Virus record (IMG/VR): IMGVR_UViG_3300033066_001190
Location: 42,588 to 106,587 of that record
Source of the DNA: a virus
Taxonomy: Duplodnaviria > Caudoviricetes
Strand: one strand, 5' to 3'
DNA length: 64,000 nt
Made by a program: the position numbers and the translations under genes. Under the pieces are notes generated by a model. It made no database searches. It was not told the DNA's origin and saw only the letters and a program-made list of their open reading frames with translations. Positions 39,828 to 49,540 of the stretch are shown here, piece after piece. Position 1 is the stretch's first letter; each line of letters begins with the position of its first letter.

Positions 39828-42680
39828 ATGAGCTGTTCATTAAATAAAACAAAAAAATTAGCAAGAGATAAGGGTATCATGAATGAGTTTAACAACTTAC
39901 CAAGTGATACACCTCAAAGTGTTAATAATTTTAACAAATTTGCTGCAAACATAAAAGATTTAGCAATTTCTAAATTTGGAAAGCTTCCTGAAGGACTAAC
40001 TCAACCTATCCGTTTAGAAGGAATAAAGGTTATTTTTAATAGAGGGTTTTTTGAATGGGTTGATAGGGAAAATGATAAACTTTCTTCTAATCAAAATAAA
40101 CTATTTCAAAAACAGTCTCAAGAAGGCATTATAGCTTCTGAAAAAACCATTCGTGATTTAGCTGCAAGAATATCGGATAGAATAGGAATTCCTTATAAAA
40201 TTATTTCCGATAGAACACAGGAATTCAAAGGAAAAATTGAAAGTAATACAGCTATAATTAACTTAGCTTATGCTACATTAGATACACCTATACATGAAAT
40301 ATTAGGGCATCCTATTATTAGGGCTATTAAAAATAATAAAGTTTTATCTGAAAAAGAATTTACTCAAGAAATATATGAAGGTAAAAGAACTTTAAAAGGT
40401 AAAACTGTTTTAGATGATTATATAGATTATCAATCTGAAAAATTACAGCAAAATAATTATCATAAATTATATCAAAACCTTCTTAAAGAACTTGAATACG
40501 GTAAAGGTAAAGAAGTATTAGATAGAATTAAAAGGGATTATGTTTATAAAGCAGACTTTAAAAGAGATAATATAATTAAACAAATAAATGATTTAAAGTT
40601 TGAAGAAAACCAGTATATAAAATGGGATGAAAAAGAAGCATTAGCTTCTGTTCAAGAAAGAAAAAAAGTATTAGAGGAGGAATTAGAAAAAAATTATTCT
40701 GCTAATAAATACTCTTTAGAAGAACAACAAGAAGAAGCTATTGTAGAATTATTGGGTTTAATGACTGCTGATAAACTAGATGCTGTAAAAGATGGTAAAC
40801 TAATATCTCTTCTCAAAAGGCTTCTTAAAGAAATGAAGCAATTTGTTCGTTCTTTATTAAGACAAAGAAAAGTAGAAATAGACAAATTACCTGATAATAT
40901 GACATTAGGTGATTTAGCTGATTTATTAGCGTATTCTAATAGTAAATTAATACTACCTGGATATGAAGTAATTTACACTACTCCTGATAATCAACAATTT
41001 AAAACTTATGCGGAAGCAAGTAATCATATTAGTGAATTGACTAAAAGTGTCAGAGATGTTGATTTAGATAATATTAAAATTCAAAAAGAAAAAGTAAACA
41101 ACCCTGATGATATAATAGTAGATAGTTTTGAAATTAGACATGATGATAAAATGCCTTCAGAATATGTAAGAATTGATGGCAAATGGTATCAGGAAGTTTT
41201 TTATACTCCAGAATACTCTGGAGATCCTGGAGTAGAACATTATCCTATTTCTGATGAAAAAATTATTTCTTTATTTAATTCTCCTGAACAAATAGGAGTT
41301 TTTAAAACAGGAATTGATATTTTAGGTTTTATACAAAAAAACAAAGAATATGAACAATCTAAAGAAATTATAGAAGAATGGAAAAAAGTAAATAACATTC
41401 AATATAATCCCGAAGAAATATATTCAAGGGGTCAAGAGTTTAGTTCTGTTGTAGGAGCTTATTCTTCTTTTGATGTAAATCTTATGATGCAGAATCTTCT
41501 TCAACATATAGAAGATAACGAAAAAGCAGGTGGTAAATTTGCTATTTCTGCATTTACTAAACCTATTGATAAACAAATAGGTCATTTAGAAGGTGAAGGA
41601 GGTAAGATTAAATTTAAAATTTACCCCAAATCAGAAGATATTTTATGGGCAGCTAATACAGATGTTTATTCAGGAAGTGTTTGGGATGCTTCTGAAAAAG
41701 TAAGCAAAGATAAAAAATCTGAATTGTTAGGAGTTAGTTATACTAAATATCCAGCTTTAGTAAATGTTAATAAAGTGCAACCTAATTTAGCTTCTATTGT
41801 AGATGACTTGGCACATCATCATAACGAATTAGGTATAGTTCTTACAGGTAATAATTTTAGATTAGAATATGATGAAGATATTCCTTATTCTACTAAAAAA
41901 ATTATTGATTCTGTTAATTCAATACTAGATGAAAAATATGGTAAATTAGTTAAACCTGAAATTAGTAAAATCACTACTATTCCAAATACATTTGAATATT
42001 GGCAACAAGATATGTATGAAGATGGAGGAGTAGATAGATTTAAAATAAAAATTTATAAAAAAGATAATAAGTGGTTTGAAGAATTTTTTGATACTAGGGG
42101 ACAATCTGAAAGTATTAGAGAGATTACTTATAAAGAAGTAGAAACTCAATTTAATGAAGCATTAGCTTCTAATTCTACACTTACAAAAAACAAAGGTATT
42201 CAACCAACTCAAACTAATGAAACTTTAAAAGAGAGTATTCAAAATATTATAAATAAAATTCCTAGACAAGGGGAATTTGATTATTATGAATCTGATGGAT
42301 ATTTTTACATAACACAAAATCAAACAGAAATAGGTGTTGTAGCTTCTAAAGAAGAAGCTCTTAAACAAATTAAAGAATTAAATAATGGTAATAAAGAATA
42401 TACTTCTCAAGCGTTGATTAACACTAAAATAGCAAAATTAAAAGAAGTAGCTAAAAAATATCCAAGAAGTTTAATTAGAAGTGAAGTTAAAAAGGAAACG
42501 AACAAATATGGTTTAGAGCGTGAATTTTTTGGAGATGAATTACCTTTTCAAAAAATATCTTCGGTAAATTACCAATCTTTATTATCTTTAAAACCTAATA
42601 CAGATATTACAGAACAAGAATGGGATGAATTAGATCAAGAAGAAAAAGAAGTTATATTATATCAAGCTAAAAATTGCTAA
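39828..42680 (+). CDS. cargo protein with zincin-like metallopeptidase motif
   Basis: IINL..ATLDTPIHEILGHPII (40293) and EEAIVELLG (40731). Confidence 0.65.
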   Translation: MSCSLNKTKKLARDKGIMNEFNNLPSDTPQSVNNFNKFAANIKDLAISKFGKLPEGLTQPIRLEGIKVIFNRGFFEWVDRENDKLSSNQNKLFQKQSQEGIIASEKTIRDLAARISDRIGIPYKIISDRTQEFKGKIESNTAIINLAYATLDTPIHEILGHPIIRAIKNNKVLSEKEFTQEIYEGKRTLKGKTVLDDYIDYQSEKLQQNNYHKLYQNLLKELEYGKGKEVLDRIKRDYVYKADFKRDNIIKQINDLKFEENQYIKWDEKEALASVQERKKVLEEELEKNYSANKYSLEEQQEEAIVELLGLMTADKLDAVKDGKLISLLKRLLKEMKQFVRSLLRQRKVEIDKLPDNMTLGDLADLLAYSNSKLILPGYEVIYTTPDNQQFKTYAEASNHISELTKSVRDVDLDNIKIQKEKVNNPDDIIVDSFEIRHDDKMPSEYVRIDGKWYQEVFYTPEYSGDPGVEHYPISDEKIISLFNSPEQIGVFKTGIDILGFIQKNKEYEQSKEIIEEWKKVNNIQYNPEEIYSRGQEFSSVVGAYSSFDVNLMMQNLLQHIEDNEKAGGKFAISAFTKPIDKQIGHLEGEGGKIKFKIYPKSEDILWAANTDVYSGSVWDASEKVSKDKKSELLGVSYTKYPALVNVNKVQPNLASIVDDLAHHHNELGIVLTGNNFRLEYDEDIPYSTKKIIDSVNSILDEKYGKLVKPEISKITTIPNTFEYWQQDMYEDGGVDRFKIKIYKKDNKWFEEFFDTRGQSESIREITYKEVETQFNEALASNSTLTKNKGIQPTQTNETLKESIQNIINKIPRQGEFDYYESDGYFYITQNQTEIGVVASKEEALKQIKELNNGNKEYTSQALINTKIAKLKEVAKKYPRSLIRSEVKKETNKYGLEREFFGDELPFQKISSVNYQSLLSLKPNTDITEQEWDELDQEEKEVILYQAKNC

Positions 42681-45600
42681 ATGGCTGCACATTGTATAAA
42701 TATAAATAGTCCCGATTTTAAAAAATTGCTGGAAGAAACAGGTTTTAAATCTGAAATTCTATCTGCTAAAATATCTATTTGGCAAGACAAAGTGGGTAAA
42801 ATAGATCAATTTCCAAGCAAGTATGAATTATTTAAGTTAGAAACAGATAAAGAAGAGGGTAAATTGCAATCTGAAATTTCTGACATTGTAAAAGAAATAG
42901 AGAATGCAGATAAAGAAACTATTGTAAAAACAGTAGATGAATATTTTACCATTATTTCAAACCACTTAAAAAACCTAAGAGAAAGAAAATCTTACTCTAG
43001 ACTTAAAAAAATACTAACTACTTCAGAAGGTATAAACAAATTAAGTACATTACAAGACATACTTTCTCAAGCTAAGAAGCTAGAAGAAACCATTGAAAAT
43101 GATTCAAGAAAGATAAGAGCTATTGCTAAATCAGTTGTGCAAATAAATCACTTAACAGATCTGGTATTAGAAGATGTAAAAGATATAGTTAAATCTAAAG
43201 ATGATTCCGTAGAAAATCTCCAAGTACTGCAAAGTTATTTAAACGTTTTAAATGATTGGGATATATTGTTAGACCAAGCTAGTCAATCTTTTGCAATTGG
43301 AAATCCTCTAACAACAAAAAAGGTTGGAGAAGTAAAATTAAAAATCAAGCAAATTGAAAACCTCATTTCTAAAAATGATGAATTAGGAATTATTAAAGTT
43401 TTACAAAAGGTATTAATTCCTGCATCCGAAGATATTATGAAGTTTTTAGAGCAAGAATTATCTGCTCAAAAACAAAGATTGCAAAGAAATATAGATAGAA
43501 AAGCTGGTGATAGTACAATAAAATCAATAGAATCTTCTATAAAAGCAATAGAAACAAAAATGAAAGAGCTTGATTTTAACAATGCTCAAAACATTTTAGA
43601 CTTCTTAAAAGGTAAAAGAGGGGATGCTACTGTTTTTAATACTTGGTTAGAATCATTTAGAGATTCTTCTGATCCTACCATAGCTGCTTTTGCAACATTT
43701 TTAAAAGAAAAAACTGATGAAGTAGCTAACAAAGTTTACAAAACTGACCTACAATATCAAAAAGATTTAGCTCCTTACATAAAAGAATCTGAAAGACTTG
43801 ATCCTTCTATACTAACTAAAAAAATAACTTTTGAGGATTTGATTTTACAAGATGGTGAACCCACCACTGTATTATCTTTACTAAATCCTTGGAAAAATTA
43901 TAGATTGGATTATGCTCAATATTCAGAAAATGAGCAATTAGCAAAACAAAAGTATTTGGAAACTAATTCAGAAGAAGATAGAAAAGAATATTTACAAAAG
44001 AAAAAAGAAAGACAATCTTTTGAGCAAAATGTGTTATACACTGAATTTGTTCCAGAAGTGTATGAAAAATATAAACTTTTTGATGATGAAATAGGTCAAG
44101 AACTTAAAAAAGAGTCTGATGAAATATGGGAAAAAGTAAATGAAATAGATGAAGCTTATAAATTATTTGGCACTGAATTAACTTCAGAACAAGAGGAACA
44201 AAAAGAAGCTTTATTGTTGCAATATAAAATGCTTGGTAATTTAAATAAACCTGATGGAACTCCTAAAACAGGTAAAGATTTAGAGAAAGCTAAAAGAATG
44301 CAAGAAGTAAGAGCATTAAATAGAAAATTTTATGAATGGAAAGACAACTTAACCCAATTTGAAAAAGCTAAAGAAAGACATTCTGAATATATTATTTCCA
44401 AAGGTATTCCTGAAGATTCAGATGAATATAAATTAGAAATGAAAAAATGGGAAGATGAAAACTCTAGATTTGTTATAAAGGATGAATTTTACAAAAAGAG
44501 AGATAGCATTGTAAGAGAAATAGCTATTTTAACTAAAAAGTTTAAAAATAGTGATATAGATGAAAATATATCAGAATTGTGGAAAACAATACAATCTATT
44601 ACATATGGGTTAAGGGATGAAGACAATCAACCTATTGGAATCCTTATACAGGAAAAAGGAGCTGAAAGAATAAAAGCTGCTCAAGAAGCTATACAAGATC
44701 TACAAAATAAAGTAACTAAAATATCAGGACTGTCTTTTGACGAACAAGCTGAAATGAGTAGATTGTTTGAAAAAGCTAAAAACAGAGAGATTACTCCTGA
44801 AGAAAGAAATGATTTAGATTATCTTGTGGATAAATCAAAAACTGAAGGGTTGTCTAAAACTCAAAAAGAAAGACTTTTTCAATTATTTCAAGAACTAAAA
44901 GATTTACAATCCACTTTACCTACAGAATATTATGTACAGGCTTTTAATAACTTGTCTACTAAATATTCAGTGGTGTTATTGGAAACAGGGGAAGTTGTTG
45001 AATCTGATGGAGCAATTGTTCCAATATTGGAATCAAAAGTGCTATCTAAATTGTTATCAAATCCTGATTTTAAAGAATGGTTTGATCTAAATCACATTCA
45101 AGTAGAAAAATACAATCCTGAAAAAGAAGCAAAAGAATTAAAATGGCAAAGAACTTACCAATGGAATAAAATTATTCCAAACAATCCTGATTATATAGAG
45201 GTTAAGCCTTCCTTAAAATACAGTTATAGGGAGATAAAACCCGAATACAAAACAGAAAGAATAGTTGGAAAAACTGTAGATAATAAAGGAAATTGGTTAC
45301 CAAATCCAGATAAAAAGGGAAGTGCTGCATATAGAAATGAAAAGTATGAGCAATTAGTAAAAGGTAAGGATGATGAGTCTAAGAGATTGTCTAAAATATT
45401 AGACATTCATACAAAATACTTATTAGACACTCAAGAAAGTCTATCCAGAGTTAATAAACTTTACTTAGATGTTCCTAGAGAAGAAAGAGAATCATATGAG
45501 CAAAACATAGCTTTTTTAAAAGATTTTATGAAATCTCCTGGCTCTATACCTAAATTAATATGGGAAAGAATCAAAGAAAAGTATAACAAATTAACATCTT

Positions 45601-47231
45601 ACAATGAATCTGATGTAAGTTATGAATCACCTTTTGAAGGTAAATACGACAAAGATTTTATCAAAATACCTATGAAGTATATAGGTAAAATTGATTTAAA
45701 TGAAGTTTCTTTAAATTTACAAAAAAGTATTTCTAGATATAATTATTCATCTGAATTAAACAAGCAATTGGTAGAAACACTTCCTGTAGCAAGAGCTTTA
45801 AATAGAGTTTTAGAAAATAATGATGTCCATAAACCTAATAAAAAGAAAAATCCTCATAGAAAGAATGCTATTCAAAAACTAATAATTAGGGAATTTGAGG
45901 GAAAAAAATCTAATTTAGAACTAGAAAATCTAGGAGCTGGTAAAAAACCTGTAGCAGCAACAATAAATTTAATGAAATATTTAGCTGCGTGGTCAAGTAT
46001 TAGGCTTAATATCCCTGCTGCTGTAACTAACGTTGTTAATGCTGTTGCTCAAAACTGGATAAATGCAGGTAATCACTTATATTCTAAATCTAGCTATGCA
46101 TTATCTGAATTAATTTATGCTACTAGATTTTTTCCAAATTGGCAAAGAGATTATTATGAAAACAAGTTAGGTAATTTATCAATAGAATCTCAATTAGTTG
46201 ATGTTTGGCAACCTGTACAAGGAGAAACAATTGAAGAAAACATAGGAAAGAAGTTTTCTCAATCAAAAGCCTATGACACATTAGCAGCAAATTGGCTGTT
46301 TAATTTACGTAATTGGGGGGAATTTTATGTTCAAACAAGAACATGGATTTCAGCTTTATACGAAACAAAAGTTAATTATGGACAAGATGTAATATCTTTA
46401 ATAGATGCTTATGAACTTGATTCAGATGGTATTATTAAATTGAAAGATGGGGTAGATAAGTCATGGGAAGTTGATGGAGAAAAGTTTAATAGATTAAAAA
46501 ACCAAATACAAGCTTTAAACCGTAAAATACATGGCAATTATGCAACTTTCGATAAAACTCAATTAGAAATGTATGCTTTAGGATCATTAGCAATGTTCTT
46601 AAAACGATTTTTTGTTTCTATGGCCGCTAATAGATTTGCTTTTGGTGGCAATATTCATGAAGGTAGGTTTGATATAAATTCAGGTATTCAATATGGATAT
46701 TATACTCAAACCTTGTCAATAGCTATTAAACAATTACAAAATGGTTTAAAAGATTGGGATTTATTAACAACAGAGCAAAAAAGAGCTTTAACTAAAACAA
46801 CAATGGAAGTAGCTGTCATATTAGGAGCATTAGCTTTAATGATGGCAATGGGTTATTCTGGAGATGATAAAAACAAAAAGAAAAAACTCATTAATTATTC
46901 ATGGTTAGAGCTACATGTTTTATATCAGTTAGATAGACTTTATATAGAGACTTCATCTTTTATAAGCCCTAAATCTTATTTTGATTATGTTCTCGATTTT
47001 CAAATAAAAAAATCACTAGAAAAATGGTATAAACTGCTTACAGATATTATTTCTCAAAATGAATATGAATCCTCCCTTAAAAATACAAAGGGAGAATTCA
47101 TATACAAAAAGGGAGATAAAAAATGGAAAACTCAATTAAAAAGAGCTACAGGAATACAGCAATTAATGATGTCTGAAAAAGATCCTGATATTTTGCTACA
47201 AAGTTATGATAGAAGTGTTAGAGGGAAATAA
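42681..47231 (+). CDS. large cargo/ejection protein with C-terminal membrane segment
   Basis: 1516 aa, helical. IHGNY...DK.......LGSLAMFLKRFF motif and hydrophobic VAVILGALALMMAMG. Last gene of the cargo block. Confidence 0.65.
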   Translation: MAAHCININSPDFKKLLEETGFKSEILSAKISIWQDKVGKIDQFPSKYELFKLETDKEEGKLQSEISDIVKEIENADKETIVKTVDEYFTIISNHLKNLRERKSYSRLKKILTTSEGINKLSTLQDILSQAKKLEETIENDSRKIRAIAKSVVQINHLTDLVLEDVKDIVKSKDDSVENLQVLQSYLNVLNDWDILLDQASQSFAIGNPLTTKKVGEVKLKIKQIENLISKNDELGIIKVLQKVLIPASEDIMKFLEQELSAQKQRLQRNIDRKAGDSTIKSIESSIKAIETKMKELDFNNAQNILDFLKGKRGDATVFNTWLESFRDSSDPTIAAFATFLKEKTDEVANKVYKTDLQYQKDLAPYIKESERLDPSILTKKITFEDLILQDGEPTTVLSLLNPWKNYRLDYAQYSENEQLAKQKYLETNSEEDRKEYLQKKKERQSFEQNVLYTEFVPEVYEKYKLFDDEIGQELKKESDEIWEKVNEIDEAYKLFGTELTSEQEEQKEALLLQYKMLGNLNKPDGTPKTGKDLEKAKRMQEVRALNRKFYEWKDNLTQFEKAKERHSEYIISKGIPEDSDEYKLEMKKWEDENSRFVIKDEFYKKRDSIVREIAILTKKFKNSDIDENISELWKTIQSITYGLRDEDNQPIGILIQEKGAERIKAAQEAIQDLQNKVTKISGLSFDEQAEMSRLFEKAKNREITPEERNDLDYLVDKSKTEGLSKTQKERLFQLFQELKDLQSTLPTEYYVQAFNNLSTKYSVVLLETGEVVESDGAIVPILESKVLSKLLSNPDFKEWFDLNHIQVEKYNPEKEAKELKWQRTYQWNKIIPNNPDYIEVKPSLKYSYREIKPEYKTERIVGKTVDNKGNWLPNPDKKGSAAYRNEKYEQLVKGKDDESKRLSKILDIHTKYLLDTQESLSRVNKLYLDVPREERESYEQNIAFLKDFMKSPGSIPKLIWERIKEKYNKLTSYNESDVSYESPFEGKYDKDFIKIPMKYIGKIDLNEVSLNLQKSISRYNYSSELNKQLVETLPVARALNRVLENNDVHKPNKKKNPHRKNAIQKLIIREFEGKKSNLELENLGAGKKPVAATINLMKYLAAWSSIRLNIPAAVTNVVNAVAQNWINAGNHLYSKSSYALSELIYATRFFPNWQRDYYENKLGNLSIESQLVDVWQPVQGETIEENIGKKFSQSKAYDTLAANWLFNLRNWGEFYVQTRTWISALYETKVNYGQDVISLIDAYELDSDGIIKLKDGVDKSWEVDGEKFNRLKNQIQALNRKIHGNYATFDKTQLEMYALGSLAMFLKRFFVSMAANRFAFGGNIHEGRFDINSGIQYGYYTQTLSIAIKQLQNGLKDWDLLTTEQKRALTKTTMEVAVILGALALMMAMGYSGDDKNKKKKLINYSWLELHVLYQLDRLYIETSSFISPKSYFDYVLDFQIKKSLEKWYKLLTDIISQNEYESSLKNTKGEFIYKKGDKKWKTQLKRATGIQQLMMSEKDPDILLQSYDRSVRGK

Positions 47232-47442
47232 CCTCTTCTTCATCAAAGCAGTTAAACAACCATCCTAAAGTTTTGAACTCCTCTAATTCAATTTGGAGGA
47301 GTTCTTCTTTTTTAAGCCCTTCACCATAATATTTTCTACTACATTCAAAAGGAATCAATTTAGTGCATTCTTCATCCTTTTTCTGTAGCCATATTTGGAG
47401 GAGTTTTCCATTCTCCATACGTTTAAAATACTCAACTGTCAT
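47218..47442 (-). CDS. hypothetical protein
   Basis: ATG after an A-rich leader, with an upstream TATTTTTG -7-like box on the minus strand (47461-47468). Confidence 0.55.
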   Translation of the reverse strand: MTVEYFKRMENGKLLQIWLQKKDEECTKLIPFECSRKYYGEGLKKEELLQIELEEFKTLGWLFNCFDEEEVISL

Positions 47443-47492
47443 TTTTATTTATATTTGGTTCAAAAATAATGAAAAGATTTTTCATTTTATAC

Positions 47493-47523
47493 TTGTTTTT
47501 GTAAAATATTTGCCTTATAATTG
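47493..47523 (+). promoter_or_regulatory. Bacteroidota-type promoter variant (TTG-20 nt-TATAATTG)
   Basis: Upstream of the small + strand operon. One mismatch to TAnnTTTG. Confidence 0.45.
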
Positions 47524-47551
47524 CCTTTATTAATTAACTAAATAAAAAGCA

Positions 47552-47758
47552 ATGCCAGAACAAACATTAGGAGAACAAAGGGTTAGAACAACTTTTAATC
47601 CTTCTCAAGTTGGAGTAGTAGACCAGCTCAAGCAAAAAACTGCTGAACTTATTAATATCTGCGAAGAATTAAAAGTTAAAGATGCAAGATTAGCAAGTTT
47701 AGCACAAACTTCATTTGAAGAAGCTGCAATGTGGGCAGTAAAAGCAGCCACAGCTTAA
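47552..47758 (+). CDS. Acb2/Tad1-like helical-hairpin protein (candidate immune-signal sponge)
   Basis: FNPS.....DQLKQK.AELI..C........RLASLAQTSFEEAAMWAVKAAT resembles the R..SLA.T.LEEA.MW..KA hairpin signature. Confidence 0.6.
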   Translation: MPEQTLGEQRVRTTFNPSQVGVVDQLKQKTAELINICEELKVKDARLASLAQTSFEEAAMWAVKAATA

Positions 47759-47784
47759 TTTTAACAATTTTAAATCAAAAAGCA

Positions 47785-47940
47785 ATGTATCAAAAAACAC
47801 GTTTTAGTTGCATTTACAAAGCTGGTAATAGCTATCGCTTTCGTAAAATGGTAAATGGTAAAAGGATTAGTCGTAATTTTACTCGACTAAAAGAAGCTCT
47901 CACATTCAAAAAAGAAATGGAAGTAACATATGGAAAATAA
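47785..47940 (+). CDS. small basic AP2/integrase-arm-like DNA-binding protein
   Basis: IYK.GNSYRFRKMVNGKRISRNFTRLKEALTFK (three strands plus helix pattern). Start AAAAAGCAATG as for the previous gene. Confidence 0.55.
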   Translation: MYQKTRFSCIYKAGNSYRFRKMVNGKRISRNFTRLKEALTFKKEMEVTYGK

Positions 47941-48247
47941 AAAGGAAGAACCTGTAAATCATGTATTTAATCCAAATGTTAAGTTTGAACTAACTTTACA
48001 GGAATTGAGTCAAATTCAACAAGTGTTAGAGCCACTAGCTTTTGCTGCCAGTATTTTAGATGCTGTAAAACAAAAAGTGGCTTCTATTCCAGGAAATATG
48101 TTCCCTGTTTATGAAAATGATTTAGTGAATGAACCTGGAGTAGGATTAACACTTCGTAAATCTTTTTGGGAAAAACATCTCCCAAAAGAACCCTCTAAAT
48201 CATTAAATTTGGAAACAGTAGATCAACAAGTAGTACAAAATAATTAA
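47930..48247 (+). CDS. hypothetical protein
   Basis: Overlaps the previous ORF and ends before a terminator. Confidence 0.65.
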   Translation: MENKKEEPVNHVFNPNVKFELTLQELSQIQQVLEPLAFAASILDAVKQKVASIPGNMFPVYENDLVNEPGVGLTLRKSFWEKHLPKEPSKSLNLETVDQQVVQNN

Positions 48248-48251
48248 CATT

Positions 48252-48285
48252 AAAAAGGGAGGCTTAAAACCTCCCTTTTCTTTTT
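48252..48285. terminator. bidirectional Rho-independent terminator at the strand switch
   Basis: AAAAA-GGGAGG-CTTAAAA-CCTCCC-TTTTCTTTTT between convergent genes. Confidence 0.9.
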
Positions 48286-48850
48286 ATACCCTTTCTAAAA
48301 TAAACAATGTGTTTCTAAACCAATGACAATAATCTTGTATTAATGCTCTAGCTTCATTTGTTTCTTTTTCCATTAACTTAAACCCTCTGTATTCAAATAA
48401 TGGTAATATTTCATCATTATTTAAGCAATTAACATGTCCAAACCCTGCTTGACCTCTAACAGCCCAAGAAGTAATAAGATATTTATCACAATTTAAACAT
48501 AAATTGTCTAGATAAATATTCATATATTTAGCATCTATATGTTCCCCGACTTCTAACGAGAGTATATTACCTTTCTGACCTAGGTTAAAAGGAATAGTTA
48601 AATCTTGTTTTAAAATGGGGTCAAATACCTTGTTTTTAGGAGGATCTCCTTCAAACCCAATTAAATTATTAAATCCTGCATTTTTTAAATCTTTTAGATA
48701 TGAACCCAAACCTGCGCCAAAGTCGTAAATAGGAGTGTTACCGCCTCTCTTTAGGAATGTACAAATCCATTCACTTAGTTCTTTGCTATGTACATGATGT
48801 AAATGTGCTGTTTCAGCATTCCAATAACCTGTTTCTGATATTTCTTTCAT
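48284..48850 (-). CDS. class I SAM-dependent methyltransferase
   Basis: IYDFGAGLG, GFEG, LSLEVGEHI, and A..GQ.G.GHVNC. Confidence 0.85.
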   Translation of the reverse strand: MKEISETGYWNAETAHLHHVHSKELSEWICTFLKRGGNTPIYDFGAGLGSYLKDLKNAGFNNLIGFEGDPPKNKVFDPILKQDLTIPFNLGQKGNILSLEVGEHIDAKYMNIYLDNLCLNCDKYLITSWAVRGQAGFGHVNCLNNDEILPLFEYRGFKLMEKETNEARALIQDYCHWFRNTLFILERV

Positions 48851-48874
48851 TGTTGTTTTTTTTTTAATTAATAG

Positions 48875-49540
48875 TTATTTCTTTGTTGGGTTTTTATGAC
48901 CAATGTGTTCACAAACACAATCTTTTAAAATTGCAGCTCTGTAATTAAACTTTTTAGTGTTTTCCATGCATTCTTTTTCTAAAGCTGCTCCAGATTTATA
49001 AATTTTAGCAAACTCTGAAAATCCATTAGGGAACATTGTTTTATAATCTGATAGTCTCCTCAATCCTGGATTCCAAGAAAAACCATTCCAATCTTTTAAA
49101 TGATTTTCCCGAATAAGACTAAAATTAAATCCATTATTTAAACTAGCGTGTTCAAATTCCACATTATGTTCGACAAATGCTTCCATTCCTTTTCTTATCC
49201 AAACTTGATGAATATTGTTATAATATTCCAATATTTCAAAAGATTGTTTTAAAAACTCACTATTTCCACTGAATAACCAATCTTCTTCACAATGGAAAAT
49301 ATATTTAGTTTTTACTTCAGAATACAACAAATCTATACTAGCAGCTTGTCCAACATTTTCTCCAGATATTACAGTGATAAATGGATATTTTTCCTGTATT
49401 TCTTTTACAACTTCTGGTTTTCCGCTATCTTCTCTTAACAACCAATCTGCAACAGGAAATGTATTTGTAGCTAAAAAGCTGTCAATTGTTTGAAAAAGTA
49501 GCTCATTTCTATTACAAGCTGTTATACACATTGTTATCAT
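48875..49540 (-). CDS. glycosyltransferase, GT-A/GT2-like
   Basis: ITACNR..LL..TI.SF, REDSG, YIFHCEEDW, FSWNPGLRR, HIG. Confidence 0.82.
   Translation of the reverse strand: MITMCITACNRNELLFQTIDSFLATNTFPVADWLLREDSGKPEVVKEIQEKYPFITVISGENVGQAASIDLLYSEVKTKYIFHCEEDWLFSGNSEFLKQSFEILEYYNNIHQVWIRKGMEAFVEHNVEFEHASLNNGFNFSLIRENHLKDWNGFSWNPGLRRLSDYKTMFPNGFSEFAKIYKSGAALEKECMENTKKFNYRAAILKDCVCEHIGHKNPTKK

Noticed and set aside
761-45406. Many short minus-strand ORFs inside the + strand structural genes (e.g. 2398, 5596, 12537, 30436, 38662)
   Set aside because: Antisense shadows of long genes with S/L/F/I-biased composition and no motifs.
47291-47405. 13-nt direct repeat ATTTGGAGGAGTT at 47291 and 47393
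   Set aside because: Only two copies, both encoding LLQI in the small minus-strand ORF. Most simply an internal duplication.
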